The notes under the pieces are model-generated. The model did not search any database, had not been told where the DNA came from, and saw only the letters and a list, made by a program, of their open reading frames with translations. Shown here one piece after another: positions 21,488 through 37,228 of a stretch of 64,000 nucleotides of DNA (its first letter is position 1; every line of letters begins with the position of its first letter). The translations under genes were made by a program, and so were the position numbers. The DNA comes from Phaeosaccion multiseriatum (lineage: Eukaryota; Protista; Ochrophyta, other classes). The stretch lies in contig OZ218964.1 of assembly GCA_965112735.1 (NCBI GenBank), forward strand, positions 682,001 through 746,000, given 5' to 3'.

Positions 21488-22134
21488 TGGCGTGGCGGGC
21501 TTGATGGCGAGAGAGGCAACGCGCATCATTCGGATTCATTCATGCATTCATTAACTTACCCGCTGCTGGCGTGGAGTAGGAGTGGGGAGGGAATGGTGGA
21601 GTTGATTTGTGTGTGCGGCTGGCTGCCACACACGCACACAGAGGGAGAGAGAAACGAGAGAGACAGACAGAGAGAGAGAGAGAGAGGAGGTGAGAGAGAG
21701 AGAAAGTTAAGTCATTCCGATGGGTTTCCGAGAATTATTCACTAAGTAATCGTGTTTTAAGTTTTAATCTCCCCCCGGCTGGGAACAAGTGTGTGCCTTT
21801 CTTTTCTTTTGTATTGTAAACCTCTATTTTGCGTCTGGTTTACTCAAGCACAGCACCGCCAGAAGACTGATTGGGATTCTAGTTGCACTTGCTTGCGACT
21901 GGGCTGTTGTGTTTGATTGGTCGCTGCGGCCCTCCGCCTCCCCACTCCACTCCACCCGCAAGGGGCCGAGTACAGTCATCTTTTCCCACCCATTGCACGA
22001 TTGCCAGACGCGCTGCTCCTGCATCATGTACGGTACATCAGGTGCGGTACATGTCGTAACGGTAGCTCGCTTGCCTGGCCCTAAGCCGCACATGTAAACG
22101 CTACGCGCGTGGAAAAGGTCCTTCTGTATCACCA

Positions 22135-22165
<31 letters not shown>

Positions 22166-22477
22166 ATCTCTGCTGCGGAGAAGAGTGAGTTCGGTCGGTC
22201 GCCCGTCGAACTTCCTCTGATGCGGGTCCCTCCCTCCCTCTCCCTCCCGTCGAAAGAGTCGGGAGGGAGTTGTGAGTACAGGCCCTCACAGGGGAGCCCC
22301 CATCCCGCACCGCGACTAGCAGCATGAGCAGCGATCTCCGAAGTCGAGCTGCAGGTTGCCCTGAGAGACGATACGAGCCTGGTACGTTAGGGTGTTGTCC
22401 GCCTTGTCTTCGCTCTCAAGAAGGACAAGAAGGACAACAAGTATTGAGGACGGTGCCCTCCTCGTCTTTGATGCCCT

Positions 22478-25179
22478 CTAGGTGGAGCCAATGGTGCTGT
22501 CGAGGGCGTCAAGAAACACATTGAGGTCCGCGGGACTGACATGAAGCGCCACTTTGCCCAAGTCATACAGCAGAAACTGCCCCGAGATGATGGCCCCTGC
22601 CCACAGGGCCCGACCCTTGAGTCCCAAAAAGAGCCCCCCAAAGCCGTAGTCGGTTAGAATACCCTTCGCCGTCGCCAGGATACCCGCCCTCCCCTGCTGC
22701 TTGTTCATGGCACTGAGGATGGTGTCGGCGGGTTGTGACACGATAGAACTGGCCACTCCAGCCACCAAGCCAGACACCAGAGACACCCCGAGGGCGGAGG
22801 AGGTACTCTCGGCGAGGTAGGGGTAGTATCGGTACACGGCCTCGGCGAAATAGTCAAACACCACGAATTTCATCATCCCGAAGCTGACCTGGCGAAACAA
22901 AATGGGCCCTAGCCCCTCATAGAGCTTGCCCCAGCCCCCCCCGGGCTCGCCGATGATCCTCTCGGCTGCGTCCCAAAACCCACCCACTTCAGGCTCGGCC
23001 ACCTGCCGAATGCGCACTGCCTCAGCGGGTGCCACTCCGATGCAGGCAATGCAAGTGGCTGCCGCGCCGGCCGCAATGACAAGCGGTAGCCGTGCTGATG
23101 CTGCCAGTGCAGGGCCCGCAAGCTCCAAGAAGAGACGCTTGAAGAGCTCGTAGCCCGGATACACCGTAATGCCATACCACGAATAGCCTACCAGAGTTGC
23201 CCCAGCGCCTTGGAGGAGCATTAACGGGCCTTCCTCTCTGTAAATGTCCTTTGCACCGTCAATCAGCCCGGCGTATCTGCCCGGGGACGTCTGTAGTCTG
23301 GTGGGTGGTGGATGATGGGCGGCAAGAGGGGGGAAGGAGGGGGGGGGGTGAGAAAGGTTGGGAAGTGGGGCAAACAACAAGAGCATACAACATCTGAGAG
23401 ATGATCTCAGAGATGGGGGAGGGAGAGAGGGAGGGCTATACAGTGTGCCCAGTCGTGTGACAAGCCCAAAAAAAGCCACTTATTGGAAAGCACACCAACC
23501 CTTCTCTCTTCAAGCACGCACGTGGACGAACCGCCCGCTCCACCCACCCACCCCAGCAGGCACGCATACACACGCACGCATACACACGCACACACACGCA
23601 CACACACGCACACACACGCACACACACGCACACACACACGCACCTTGTTTTGACGACATCAAGCGGCACCAGGGCCAGGTGTGTGGCGGTACAGCCCAGC
23701 ACGCCGCACGCCGCAAACAAGCCGTAGTCTCCCCGAGTCAGCTCACGCTCTCTCTGAAGGGGGAGCGTGCCCAGCGGGCCGAAGCCACCGAGTGACTTCC
23801 TACTACCAAGCCCGCCCACCTCTCCTCTTTTGAAGGCCTCAAGATAGCCGATGAGCCCCGGCAGCATGAAGCTCTTGCCGCTCTTGTCCAGTGTGGGGAG
23901 GAGGGGCTGGGGCAGCAGGGCCAGCGGGGACGAGGAGATTGCCGCGTACACCTCCACATTGGCCGGTCCGGGGGCCGTCGCCAAGGATGGGCCCCCTAAA
24001 GTAGCACCACCGCCCCCTTTCGTCAGCCCCGCAAGTCCGGGCACACTCTCCGCCCCCGTTCCGCCTCCGCCCATACCATTACTCTCCCTCTCCCTCTTGG
24101 CCGTCTCCAGCAGCAGCGTGCGGATATCGTCCACGGGCTGCTTGCTGGCCGGTAGCAGAGAGAAGAGCAGCGCCAGGTGGCGAGGGGCGTCCTCCTCGCT
24201 TTCGTATCGCTCTCGGAGGGCGCGCAGTAGGGCGGTCCTGCCCTCCTTGCCGGTGTAGCGCTGCAGCCCAAACTCGACGGAGGATGCAAAGGCCTGGCGG
24301 GTGGGGGTAGAGAGAGAGATTGGAACAAGCGATGGAAAAGATGAGGGAACGCGCAAAGTGTGACAGACGGAGAGGGAGAGAGAATGGGAGGGAGAGAGAG
24401 GGGGGGGGAGAGAGAGAGGGAGAGAGAGGGAGAGAGAGAGGGAGAGAGAGAGTGCTGGAGAGGGTTGGAGCGATAGGGATATCCGATGCGCTTACCGCAA
24501 ACACGTCCCATCCGTTCTGCTCGCTTCCGCCCGCACGCTGCACGTCTCGTATGTAGCAGGTTCTGCACGGCCGGTCGTACGCGAGTAAGAAGCGCGCCAA
24601 ATATGCCACAAACGGCTCCGAGTAGGCCCCTACTCTCCGCCGGGACCGGTCGGTCAGTCCCTCCCCTTGCTGGACCCAGGACAGCTGCGGGTTGCCGCCT
24701 TCATCTACTGCTCCTTCTACATTGTCTGCCCTCACGGCGGTCCCTTGTTGGAAGACTGCAGCTGAAGACAACCCAGCTGCCAGAGCAGCTCTCGTTAACG
24801 TGCTGGAGACGAACTCTCTCCGGTCACTGCCGCTGCTCCTGCTGCCTCTGCTACTGACTCTACTGCTGTCGCGTCCCCTCCCGCGACTGCTGGTGTTACC
24901 CCCAGCAGCTGTACTTGTCGAGGGTAGAAGTCGCCGCCGCTGCCTCCCGTCCCCTCCTACTCTATTGATCCTCTTGTCTGTTCTATCTAAGTCCCCTCCC
25001 CTCTCTCCTATTGTCGCCCTTGCGCTGCTACCTCTGCTACCACTGCCACCCCTGCTGCTGGCGCTGCTCCTCCTACTGCTGCTCCTGCTGAGTGCAACTC
25101 CCGCTGCTGGTCCAATCTGGAAGCCATATGTTGCGCCGCAGAGCAGCAGTAAGTGGAGGAGGCAAGTGGACGCCGGCAT
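22478..25179 (-). CDS. Mitochondrial-carrier-family (SLC25) phosphate-carrier-like protein with a long N-terminal plastid-type presequence and an extra domain (~717 aa)
   Basis: Exons (minus): 25179-24496, 24293-23644, 23297-22478. Three carrier repeats PLDVVKTR, PAEAVRIR, PADTILS. PiC/Mir1-like GCTATH, GYELFK, PILFRQVSFGMMKFVVFD, SSIVSQPAD, QFLLYD. N-terminus MPASTCLLHLLLLCGATYG|FQ. Confidence 0.85.
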
Positions 25180-25556
25180 ACCCTTGTTTGCCGCCTTTGA
25201 TGTAGTGTGATAAGATCTTTTTATGTCAACAAGGAGAGGTTTCCCCTCCGGTATTTTCAGGCGCTTTTCGTTCCTCGACGATTCGATCAGTCCTGGACCG
25301 GTTAAAAACAAAAGCAAAGCAAAGCAGCATGGATGGCAAGGGCGACGCCGCATCGCAGGAGGGGGGTGTGCATAGTCCGTCTCGTACTGATGTCGCCTCC
25401 TACAGTCCCGTTGACCAGTTCGGCGGAGAAAGCGACACATTGGGCTCCAGTTCTGCCCCGTCTTCAAGAGAACAGGGAGAAGTAGATTATCGCGAAGCCG
25501 TCAGTGCCGACGCTGAGGTGAAGCAGCGCTGCCTAGACGCTATTGCGGCATCGGCC

Positions 25557-28500
25557 ATGCACAGAGAGCGTAGCAGCGGCTCTATGCGCCTCTCCTCTTC
25601 GGGTGAGATGACGGAAGAGAGTTGAGGAAAGAGAGGGGAGGGAGGTGAGAAGAAGGTGGAGAGCTCACGGCACACTTGTTTGTCCACTTAATGGTACTAT
25701 ACCGCTCCCGCCATTACTTGCCTCCTTCCAGGATCCCCTTACTTTGGCGCGGACGGTGACGACGATGACGACAACAAGTTTATTAACTACGACGACGCCA
25801 ACGACGACGACGAGCTCGTTCAGGCGGCAGCGCGAATAGCAGCAGAGAGAGCAGTAGGTAGGTAACCCCATCCTTGGTGCCCTCCTAGTAAACCCCACCC
25901 TGAGAATCTTGACCCGACCGCCTCTTCTCGGCCCTCTCTCATCCCCCGTCCCTCCTACCCGCTTGCACGGCTTGGCTTGCGCAGCAGCGGCAGCGACCTC
26001 CTCCGACGTGAATCGCCCACACCTCTCGGACATGTCGCGGACCACCTCCGATTCGGTGAAAGACACCTTTTTCGGCGAAATCAACGTACACATGGAGCGC
26101 AAGGTCAGAGCCGTAGCAGAGCTGAGTAGTGAGGAGAGGGGCGTGGGTAGGCAGGATCTTCTCGAGCCGAGGGAGGGGGGGGGAGGCAAGGGGTCTCTCC
26201 ATTCTCGCCGGGCCTCCTTCTCTAACTCTCTCTCCCTCTCGCCCCCGTCACTCTCAGACGAATGACTCGTTCAAGCGAGTGCTCATCGTTGGCGGCGACA
26301 ATGACATCGACCCCGACACCCTCTTCGCGTGCGAGAAGCTTCAGCACTGCCTAGACCTTCGGGACAAGTGGATGGCCGTCGGACCGGGTGAGTGAGTGAG
26401 GCAGCTGGTGATACAGCAGCAGGTGACACAGTAGATTTAAGTGATGCAGCAGTTGGCGATACAGCAGCGAGGACGGGGCGAGGTCGAGCAGGCACTCGAA
26501 GTGGAAAGTGTACGTGCAGTTGCTCCTGACCCTTTTCCTTTGCTGTTTGTGGCATGCTATTGTGATTGTCGGGTATCTTTCCCCTCTTGCCTGCGTAGGG
26601 TAGTGCGCTAAAGGGGGAGAGAGGGAGAGAGAGAGAGCGAGAGAGAGACCTTTCTCAGCCTCCACTAGCTGCCATCCCCGGCTCCTACCTGCCATGCTGA
26701 GGCCTCATTCACCCCCCCCCCCCACTCCTCCCTGTCTGGCTTCTCACACATGCTCAGCTCGCCCTGAGGCAGGACCGCTGGCAGCCACTTGCAAGAACGA
26801 CCACCAGGGGCAGGGGCAAGGGCAGGGAGACGGGGTATCGTTTAGGAGGCGGCCGGAGCCTGAGTACGACCCTTTTCTCGTTGACGACGTTCCTACAGCG
26901 GTTGGTAGTACAGCAGTTGGTGATTCAGCAACGGGCGATACGACTGCAGGCATCGAGCGGGAAGATGGTGATGGCAGTGACGATGGGGGTGGGAGTGGGG
27001 GGGACAAGGAGCCCAAGGAGAGCGAGGGGGGCAAGGACAAGGGCAGGAGTGGGGGGGACAAGGAGCCCAAGGAGCCCAAGGAGAGCGAGGGGGGCAAGGA
27101 CAAGGGCAAGGGCAAGGGGAAAGGGCGGATTGAGGTGATTGGGGGTATATATGTGGGTGTGTTGGGAGAGCAAGCGGAGGAGCAGGAGGGGAGGGGCGTT
27201 GGAGAGGACATTCCCAGTGTGGAGGTAGGTACGGAGGAGGAGGACAGGCAGTCAGCCAGTCAGTCAGTCAGTCAGGAAAATTCATTGGCGAGAGGGAGGG
27301 AGGAATGGCTGTTGCTTGTTGTTTGCTTGCTTGCTTGCTCGCTCAAAGTAGTGGCTTTGTTTTATTTCCACACCGATTGAGCTAGATCGTCCTTCCTTCC
27401 TTCCTTCCGTCCTTCCTTCCACACCCCTCCCCTCCCCTCCCCTCCCCTCCCCCTCGCAGGAGTTTTATCGTGACCTTGAGGCCCTCGATTCGGTGATCAA
27501 TCACGGAATGGTGAAGACCACTGCCTACCGCCGCCTGCAGCTCCTGCACGCACGCTTCAAGCTCCACGTGCTGCTCAACGGAGACAAGGTGCGTGCGTGT
27601 ATGTATGTGTGTGGGTGTGTGTGTGCGTGTGTGTGTTTGTGGAAGTGTGTCTCTTACGCCCGCGCGCGTGTGTGTGTGTGCCTGTCTCGCAGGAACTCGA
27701 GGCACAAAAGTGCGTTCCTCACAGAGACTTCTACAACATCCGAAAGGTGCGTCGGAGCGGAGGAGGAGGAGGAGGAGGAGGAGGAGGAGGAGGAGGAAGA
27801 GGAGGAGGCGGAGTGATGCCCCTCCCGCCGTCTTTCCCTGCCCTTTCCTTGTCCTGTCCTTTTCCCTCCTCCTCCTCTCCCCTCCAACCCCTTCCTCCCG
27901 CCCTCCCTGTATCACCAACACGCGCAGGTGGATACCCACGTGCACCACTCCGCCTGCATGAACTCGAAGCACTTACTGCGCTTCATCAAGCACAAGCTCA
28001 AGACGTGTCCTGACGAGATCGCCTCCTTCAGGGACGGCACCTTCCTCACCCTCAGCGAGGTGGGTGGGCAGTAAGTCAGTGATTCATTGGGTGGGGGAGG
28101 GGGGGCATGGGTGGCGCGCGGATGGATAGGTGGGTGAGTGTGTGGGCGCGTGTGTGGGCGCGTGGGTGGATGAGTGAGTGGGTGGGTGAGGGAGTGGATT
28201 GGCATTGGATGGGAGGGAGGGTTGGTGAGTAAGTGGGTGAGTACGTGTGCGGGGGTGTGCACTGGGGCTGGTGCGCTGCCCTCCTCGCTGACGTGCGCAT
28301 AATCCTATACCCGGCTATGCTATACTTCTATGCGGTACCTTTCCTGCTATACCTCTATCGCCGAAGGTGTTCAAATCGCTGAGGCTCAACGCCTTCGACC
28401 TCAATATCGACACCCTCGACATGCATGCCAACAACACCTTTCACAGGTACCGTCCTGACACTCACTACTCCCTGCTGTCCTGACACCACTGCTCACTACT

Positions 28501-29685
28501 GTCCTGACACTCACTACTCACTACTGTCCTGACACTCACTACTCCCTGCTGTCCTGACACTCACTGCTCTCTACTGTCCTGACGCTCACTGCTCACTACT
28601 GTCCTGACACTCACTACTCCCTGCTGTCCTGACACTCACTCCTCACGGCTGTCCTGACACTCATTCCTCACGACCTATGCACGCCAACAACAGATTCGAC
28701 CGCTTCAACCTCAAGTACAACCCCGCAGGACAGGCCAGGTAAGTGGATGCCTGGGTGCGTGGGTGGGTGCGCGGATGGGTGCCTGCCTGCGTGCGTGCGT
28801 GTGTGCGTGAGTGAGTGTACTTGAAGTGTTCCGTATCTGCTCCGGTCCCGTCTTCTCTCTCCCCCTCTGCGAATCGCATCACATCACAGTCGCTCTTCTC
28901 TGTGTCCTCCATTTTTTTGTTTGCTGGCTCGCTGTTGTTGTCACACCGTTGTTGTCTGCTGTTGCCTGTTGTGCTGTGCCTGCTGTTCCCTGCTGCTGCC
29001 TCTTGTTGCCTGCTTTTCTTGTTGGTACGGGCACCCGCCCCCCCCACTCCAGGCTGCGGGAGATCTTCCTCAAGACGGACAACCTTCTGGCCGGGCAGTA
29101 CCTCGCAGAGATCACAAAGGAGGTGATCAGCGATTTGGAGGCGTCGAAGTACCAACTGGTAGAGTGGCGTCTGAGCATCTACGGACGGAGGCTTGGCGAG
29201 TGGGACAAGCTGGCGAGGTGGTTCTTCGTCAACAGGTGGCGACACAAGAGAGGAGAGAGGCGAGGGAGGGGGGCGGGGGAGGGGGAAGAGGGCTGAGGTT
29301 AGGCTTGCGGTTGTCCACTTACCTTCTTCACTGAGACTCCCTCCCTACACCCCCCCCCTTTTTCTCTCTTCTGATGGCCTTGGGGGGTGTACGATACCCA
29401 ACCTTGACGGTCCTACGTGCCTTCGTGCTTGGGTGTGCTTCGTCTGCATGACTACGAACGAATGAGAATGCCAATAGATTGGCCCATCCTCTGGTGCGAT
29501 GGATGATCCAGATCCCCAGGCTCTACTTCGTGTACAAGAGCTGCGGAGAGTGCGATAACTTCCAGCAGATGCTAGACAAGATCTTCAGGTAAGAACTTGC
29601 TTAGTGAAAAGTTGGTTGATAAGGAGAAAGGCAGATAAACAACATCTCCACACATACACACACATACAAGCCCCACCTGCCCACC

Positions 29686-29716
<31 letters not shown>

Positions 29717-31710
29717 TCCCTCCCTCCCCCCAGCCCCCTGTTCGAGGTGTCTTTGGATCCTTCCTCCAACCTCCCCCTGCACGCATTCCTCAAGACCGTC
29801 GTGGGCTTCGACTCTGTGGACGACGAGAGCAAGGTAAGTCAGTAAGGAAGTAGGTTAACAGAGTGTCAGTAAGGAAGGGCGGGTGGTGAGAGCGAAGTAA
29901 GTCTGGTGGTAAGTAAGCATGTGGGGGGGTCCTACCTCATCCTCCTTCCTACGATTGTGACCAGGGTCAAGGGGGGATATTTAACTGAAACTCAATCTCT
30001 TCCTTGTCAGGTCGAGGGGATCCGGCTCCACCCAGACCGGTACCTCCCCACGCCGGAGGAGTGGACTGTGAGGGATAACCCGCCCTACACATACTGGACC
30101 TACTACCTGGTACGTAACTTCTTACAGTAAGTAAAAGTAAAAGTGTTTGCGTCTCTCTCTCTCGCTCGCTCGCTCGATTTGCACTTCGCCTGCGCTGACC
30201 TCGCTCAATCCGGATCAATCGCCTCCCCCCTGCCCATCACCACCAACCAACCAACCAACCAACCAACCAACCAACCAACCAACCAACCAACCAACCCTCC
30301 CCTCCGTCAGTGGGCGAACATCATGTCGCTGAACCGCCTTCGCCGGTCAAGAGGGCTCAACACTTTTGAGTTTCGGCCTCACTGCGGAGAGGCGGGAGAC
30401 CCCCAGCACCTCAGGTAGGGAGATTTTATTGACTTATAGAAGTAAACCTAAGAACTTTCCTAAGAATTACGTATGTAGGGAGAGAGAGGTGAGCAGCGTC
30501 AGTTTCTTTCCGTTTGTTTCTCCAACCCCTTTCCTACCTCCTCCTCATCGCCACGCCCCTCCCCGCCCCTCTCGTTTACTCTTTCGTTCTGCCCCATCCC
30601 CCCATCGTGGTGCTATGCCTATATACTTCTCTATCCATCTGTCTGTCTGTCTGTCCATCTCCTTACTTACTTTCCTACCCTACCTACCTACCTACCTACC
30701 TACCTACCTATCTACCTACCTACCTATCTACCTACCTACCTACAACCTACCTACCTACCTACCTACCTACCTACCTACCTGCCTACCTACCTACCTACCT
30801 CCAAAGTGCGTCCTTCCTGCTTGCCGACAAGATCAATCACGGCATCGTGCTGAGGAAGGTACCCGGGCTGCAGTACCTCTACTACCTCCGCCAGTGAGTA
30901 TATATGTGCGTATACATACATACGCATATTTCATATATATATAAATATATATTATATATATATATGTTATATATATTTATGTATGTGTGTGCGTATGTGG
31001 GTGAGTGTGTGTGGCTGCAATACCTCTAGCACCTCCGACAGTAAGTACGTGTGTGTGCGTATGTGTGTGTGTGTGCGCGAATGGAAGGAAACGAGAGAAA
31101 GTGCAGTCGATGGGTTAGACAGTGATCTTCTCTCTCTCCCTCTCTCTCCCTCCCTCTCTGCCCACACGCTGGCATGTTTTGATTTGATTTGATTGTCCTG
31201 TCCAAACCCCCTCCCCCCGCCAGGATCGGTATCGCCATGTCTCCTCTCTCCAATAACAAACTCTTCCTCGACTACTCCAAGAGCCCCTTCCCCACCTACT
31301 TCGCCCAGGTGAGTAAGTCAGTGGACCTGTCTTTTCTGTAACGGCCATGTAACGGTCATGCGCGTCTTGCATCACTCACCCACCCCACCCCACCTTACGG
31401 AGCTGTTCGACCGGACTTGAGACTCTGTGCAAGGACAGATGGCAGTCAATGCACCTCACATTCACTCAAGCGTCGTCCCCCGGCCTCACCCTCGTTGCCT
31501 CTCTGTGTGCGTACACCGCTGTGTGTGTGCCCACCCCGCTGTGTGTGTGCCCTCGGTGCTGTGTCTATCTCAACCCTAACCCTCCTCTGGCCGCGTGGCA
31601 CACACACACACACTCACACACACGCATATACATACATATACACACACGCACACACACCCATACACACATACATATACACACACACGCACACACATACACA
31701 CATGCATACG

Positions 31711-31745
<35 letters not shown>

Positions 31746-32586
31746 GGCCTGAACGTGTCCCTGTCCACGGACGACCCTCTGATGCTTCACTACACAAAGG
31801 ACCCCCTGCTGGAGGAGTACTCCGTGGCCACCCAGCTATGGAAGTTGGTGAGTCAGTGTTTGTGAGTCTGTGATGAGTGTACCTCTCAAAACTCTCCCTC
31901 ATAGCATCCCATCCAGTGCCATTGACTGCCATCTCCCATCTCCCCTCTCTTTCTTTGTGGGGTGTGACTGTGGTTTCTGCGTCCTCAGTCATCAACAGAT
32001 CAGTGTGAGATCGCCCGGAACAGCGTGGTGCAGAGCGGCTTCGAGCAGCGCTTCAAACAGCACTTCTTGGGCAAAGACTACGAAATGATGGTACGGGAGT
32101 AGGTAGGCAAGTTGGTGCTACGGTAGGAGAGGGGTCTGGAGGCTTTGTGTATGGCTTCACGGCGCACGCTTCACTCTCCTCCGGGGGGAGACTCCAACCC
32201 TCTCTCCGCCTATAGCTACCAAGCTTCATAATTTTGCAGTTAACCGCACACCTACCCTCCTGTATCACCAACTGCTGGCTGCTGGCGGGGCTCAGGGCGC
32301 GGAGGGAAACGACATCCGATATACCAACGTGCCGGACATCCGCCTCCGCTACCGCTGCGAGACGCTTCTCTCGGAGCTCCTCTTTGTACAGTCCGGCGGC
32401 CTCAGCGACGACTCTCACGCGACCACCCTCGAGGGGGCCTCCGCGTCTGCCTACACAAAGGAGCTCATCTCCCCCAAGCCTCAGGGGCGAGCTGCTGCAG
32501 CAGTTGGTGATACAGCAGCCTCACGAGGAGCAGGAGGAGCAGGAGCGGTTGGATTTGGTTTGGGCTCCTCTAGTGAGAAGGGGTAG
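25557..32586 (+). CDS. AMPD: AMP deaminase
   Basis: 20 exons: 25557-25602, 25732-25857, 25985-26103, 26258-26387, 26758-27224, 27460-27588, 27693-27746, 27928-28059, 28367-28446, 28694-28738, 29053-29235, 29478-29588, 29734-29833, 30011-30109, 30311-30414, 30807-30893, 31224-31308, 31746-31847, 31989-32090, 32296-32586. Motifs: [66 protein letters not shown]. The start could be the in-frame ATG at 25329. Confidence 0.95.
28450..28662. repeat. Intronic minisatellite of ctgtcctgacactcact(actc) units
   Basis: About 9 imperfect 23-27-bp units. The same gtcctgacac core recurs three times in a TTLL intron (34948-34996). Confidence 0.85.
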
Positions 32587-33728
32587 CGTTCGGCCGATGG
32601 GCGGTAGATGCGCTTGGGAGTGGGAGAGGGCTTGAAGAGTGAAGCAAGCACCACCCCTCTACTCAAGCGTTTGGAGGACGACGGGGGGAAAGACCTGTCC
32701 GCAGGTCTGTCAGTAGTTGGTGATACAGTAGTGGCAAAGCTGGTGATACAGCAGCAGCGGACCAACTGCTGCCTTGCCCCCTCCCCCTCCCATTACTTCT
32801 GATAGTCTTCCCGTGCGTGCCTTGGCCTTGGCCTATGCAATGCAACGAGAGAGGAGGGATGGCACCCTGTGTATATACATTTGTGAATTGCATAATTCGG
32901 CGGTGCTCACGGCGTACGGTGTGGCTTCATTCTCTTCTCTTCTCTCCTCTCCTCTCCTCTTTTCGTGTGCTTCTCTCATCTCCCTACGGCCATCCATCCA
33001 TCCATTGCCATCCATCCATCGCGCCCACGGTGCGGAATCCGTGTGCCTTTGCGCAAGGCGCACCAATGTATCGATGGGATGGGATTGAAGGCTGCGCTTG
33101 TGCGTGCGTGAGACAGCGACCCCATCTGCCCCCATCGCCATCCACTGCCATCCCCATCCGACCCTTGCGGGAGCAGGCAGGAGGGTGCGGTACCACACAC
33201 AGACGCGCAGACGCAGCCAATTTCGTGGTGGTGCAAGTCCCCTGAAGGCTGCTCCACTCCACTCTCCATTGTGTGGGTGTATGTCTCTTTCTCGTCTCTC
33301 TGTGGCGGTTTCGTTGCCGTTCCGCGCCAAGAAACAAAAGTAAACGACAGACGCCGGCTGCGCTCCCTCTCTTCACAGTGACTTGCCTTTAGAGTAGCAC
33401 ATTTCAATACGAATATATGGCAGTGCATTGTCAAGATGGCAGTATATGGCACGGCAGGGCTCCGGCCTGTCTCCGAGTCGGCAGGCATCGATGTTTGAGT
33501 TCGTCAAGCAAGCCGAGGACGTCGGGCTCGCAGTTGGGCCTGTCTGTCTTGCTCCTGTCCCCTGTGCTGTGGTCAGTCAGGCAGTGCCGCTGTACCTCAC
33601 GCCGCTGTAGCCCTATGCCACTGGCCTGATCTCTTCCCTCTCTCTCCTCAAGGACCCGTGCAAGGGCTGATGAGTCAGGAAGGATGGAACGGGGCTGGGG
33701 CCCTCTGATCTGAAAGGTCACAGGAAGG

Positions 33729-33960
33729 GCAGCCTCGGCTTCCCGAGACCAGGAGGGCAGACCCATAAAGCCACGTGGACGCATCCCCAAGTGCTGGTCT
33801 TGTGGAGAGCCTCATCGTCTCAGTGACTGCCAGTCTTATCGTCGTCGGAGGTAGTCTGGCAGTCACTGAGACGATGAGGCTCTCCACAAGACCAGCACTT
33901 GGGGGTGCGTCCACGTGGCTTTATGGGTCTGCCCTCCTGGTCTCGTAAAGCCGAGGCTGC
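33729..33960. repeat. Long inverted repeat (hairpin), ~105-bp arms, 22-nt loop
   Basis: 33729-33833 is the reverse complement of 33856-33960 with about 3 mismatches. Confidence 0.95.
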
Positions 33961-34482
33961 TGCGTCCTTGTTGGTAGCTGTCTCGCTCGAAGCATTCTCT
34001 CCCTGCTTCTGCTTCTTCAACTGCTGCTCCCGCTGCTGCTGCTGCTGCTGCTTCCGTTTGCTGTGGCGCCCATTCTTTCCATTGCCATTTCCGTGGCTGT
34101 CACTGTCGCTGGCACCTCCTCCCGCTCGCTGCGAGAGGCCCGGAAGGAAACTCTCAGCTGTGCCTCCCACGCGCTGAGCTGTGGCTCGAACCGTCAACCA
34201 TAATTGAAGCTCTCTCTCCACCATCTGTTCCCATTCCGTCCAGTTGTCTTCCCACTTGCCATCCGTCTTTCGCCCTTCCTTGTCCCGGATGATTGCTAGT
34301 GCAGCGACAGCCCCGCTAACGTAGAGCCAATGGAGGTGACGTTTACCGACACGGTATCCAGCTCCCGTCTCCCCATAAACAAGTTGATAGACAAAGGCCT
34401 GGGTTATAGCAACCCGCAGAAGGCAGTAGATGGCTGGCCCCAAGAGGCCTAGCCCCCAGACACAAGCAGCACACGTATCCAA
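33820..34482 (-). mobile_element. Retrotransposon gag-like remnant with a CCHC zinc knuckle
   Basis: ORF ends in KCWSCGEPHRLSDC (CX2CX4HX4C), preceded by a basic/Q-rich linker as in Gag. Intronless and intergenic; no pol or LTR recognised. Confidence 0.6.
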
Positions 34483-34607
34483 GCCGTTTGCTTCCCGCCC
34501 TCACTCATTCACCCACTCACTCACTCACTCACTCACTCCCTCACGACTCACAGGTCTGCATGGGGTGAGTGAGGAGGTCTGTATGAGGAGGCCATGCAGT
34601 GGCCCTG

Positions 34608-34669
34608 CAGAACAAACAGGTCTGTTCTACAGAACAACAGGTCTGTTCTACAGAACAAACAGTTATGTT

Positions 34670-34691
<22 letters not shown>
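34608..34691. repeat. 21-22-bp minisatellite (cagaacaacaggtctgttcta) x4 overlapping the TTLL stop codon
   Basis: Four tandem units, each internally quasi-palindromic (agaaca...tgttct). Confidence 0.85.

Positions 34692-37228
<2,537 letters not shown>

Noticed and set aside
33431-33725. Possible aspartic-protease remnant (ILPDSSA) downstream of the gag knuckle
   Set aside because: It lacks a proper D(S/T)G motif, so it cannot be claimed without a profile search.
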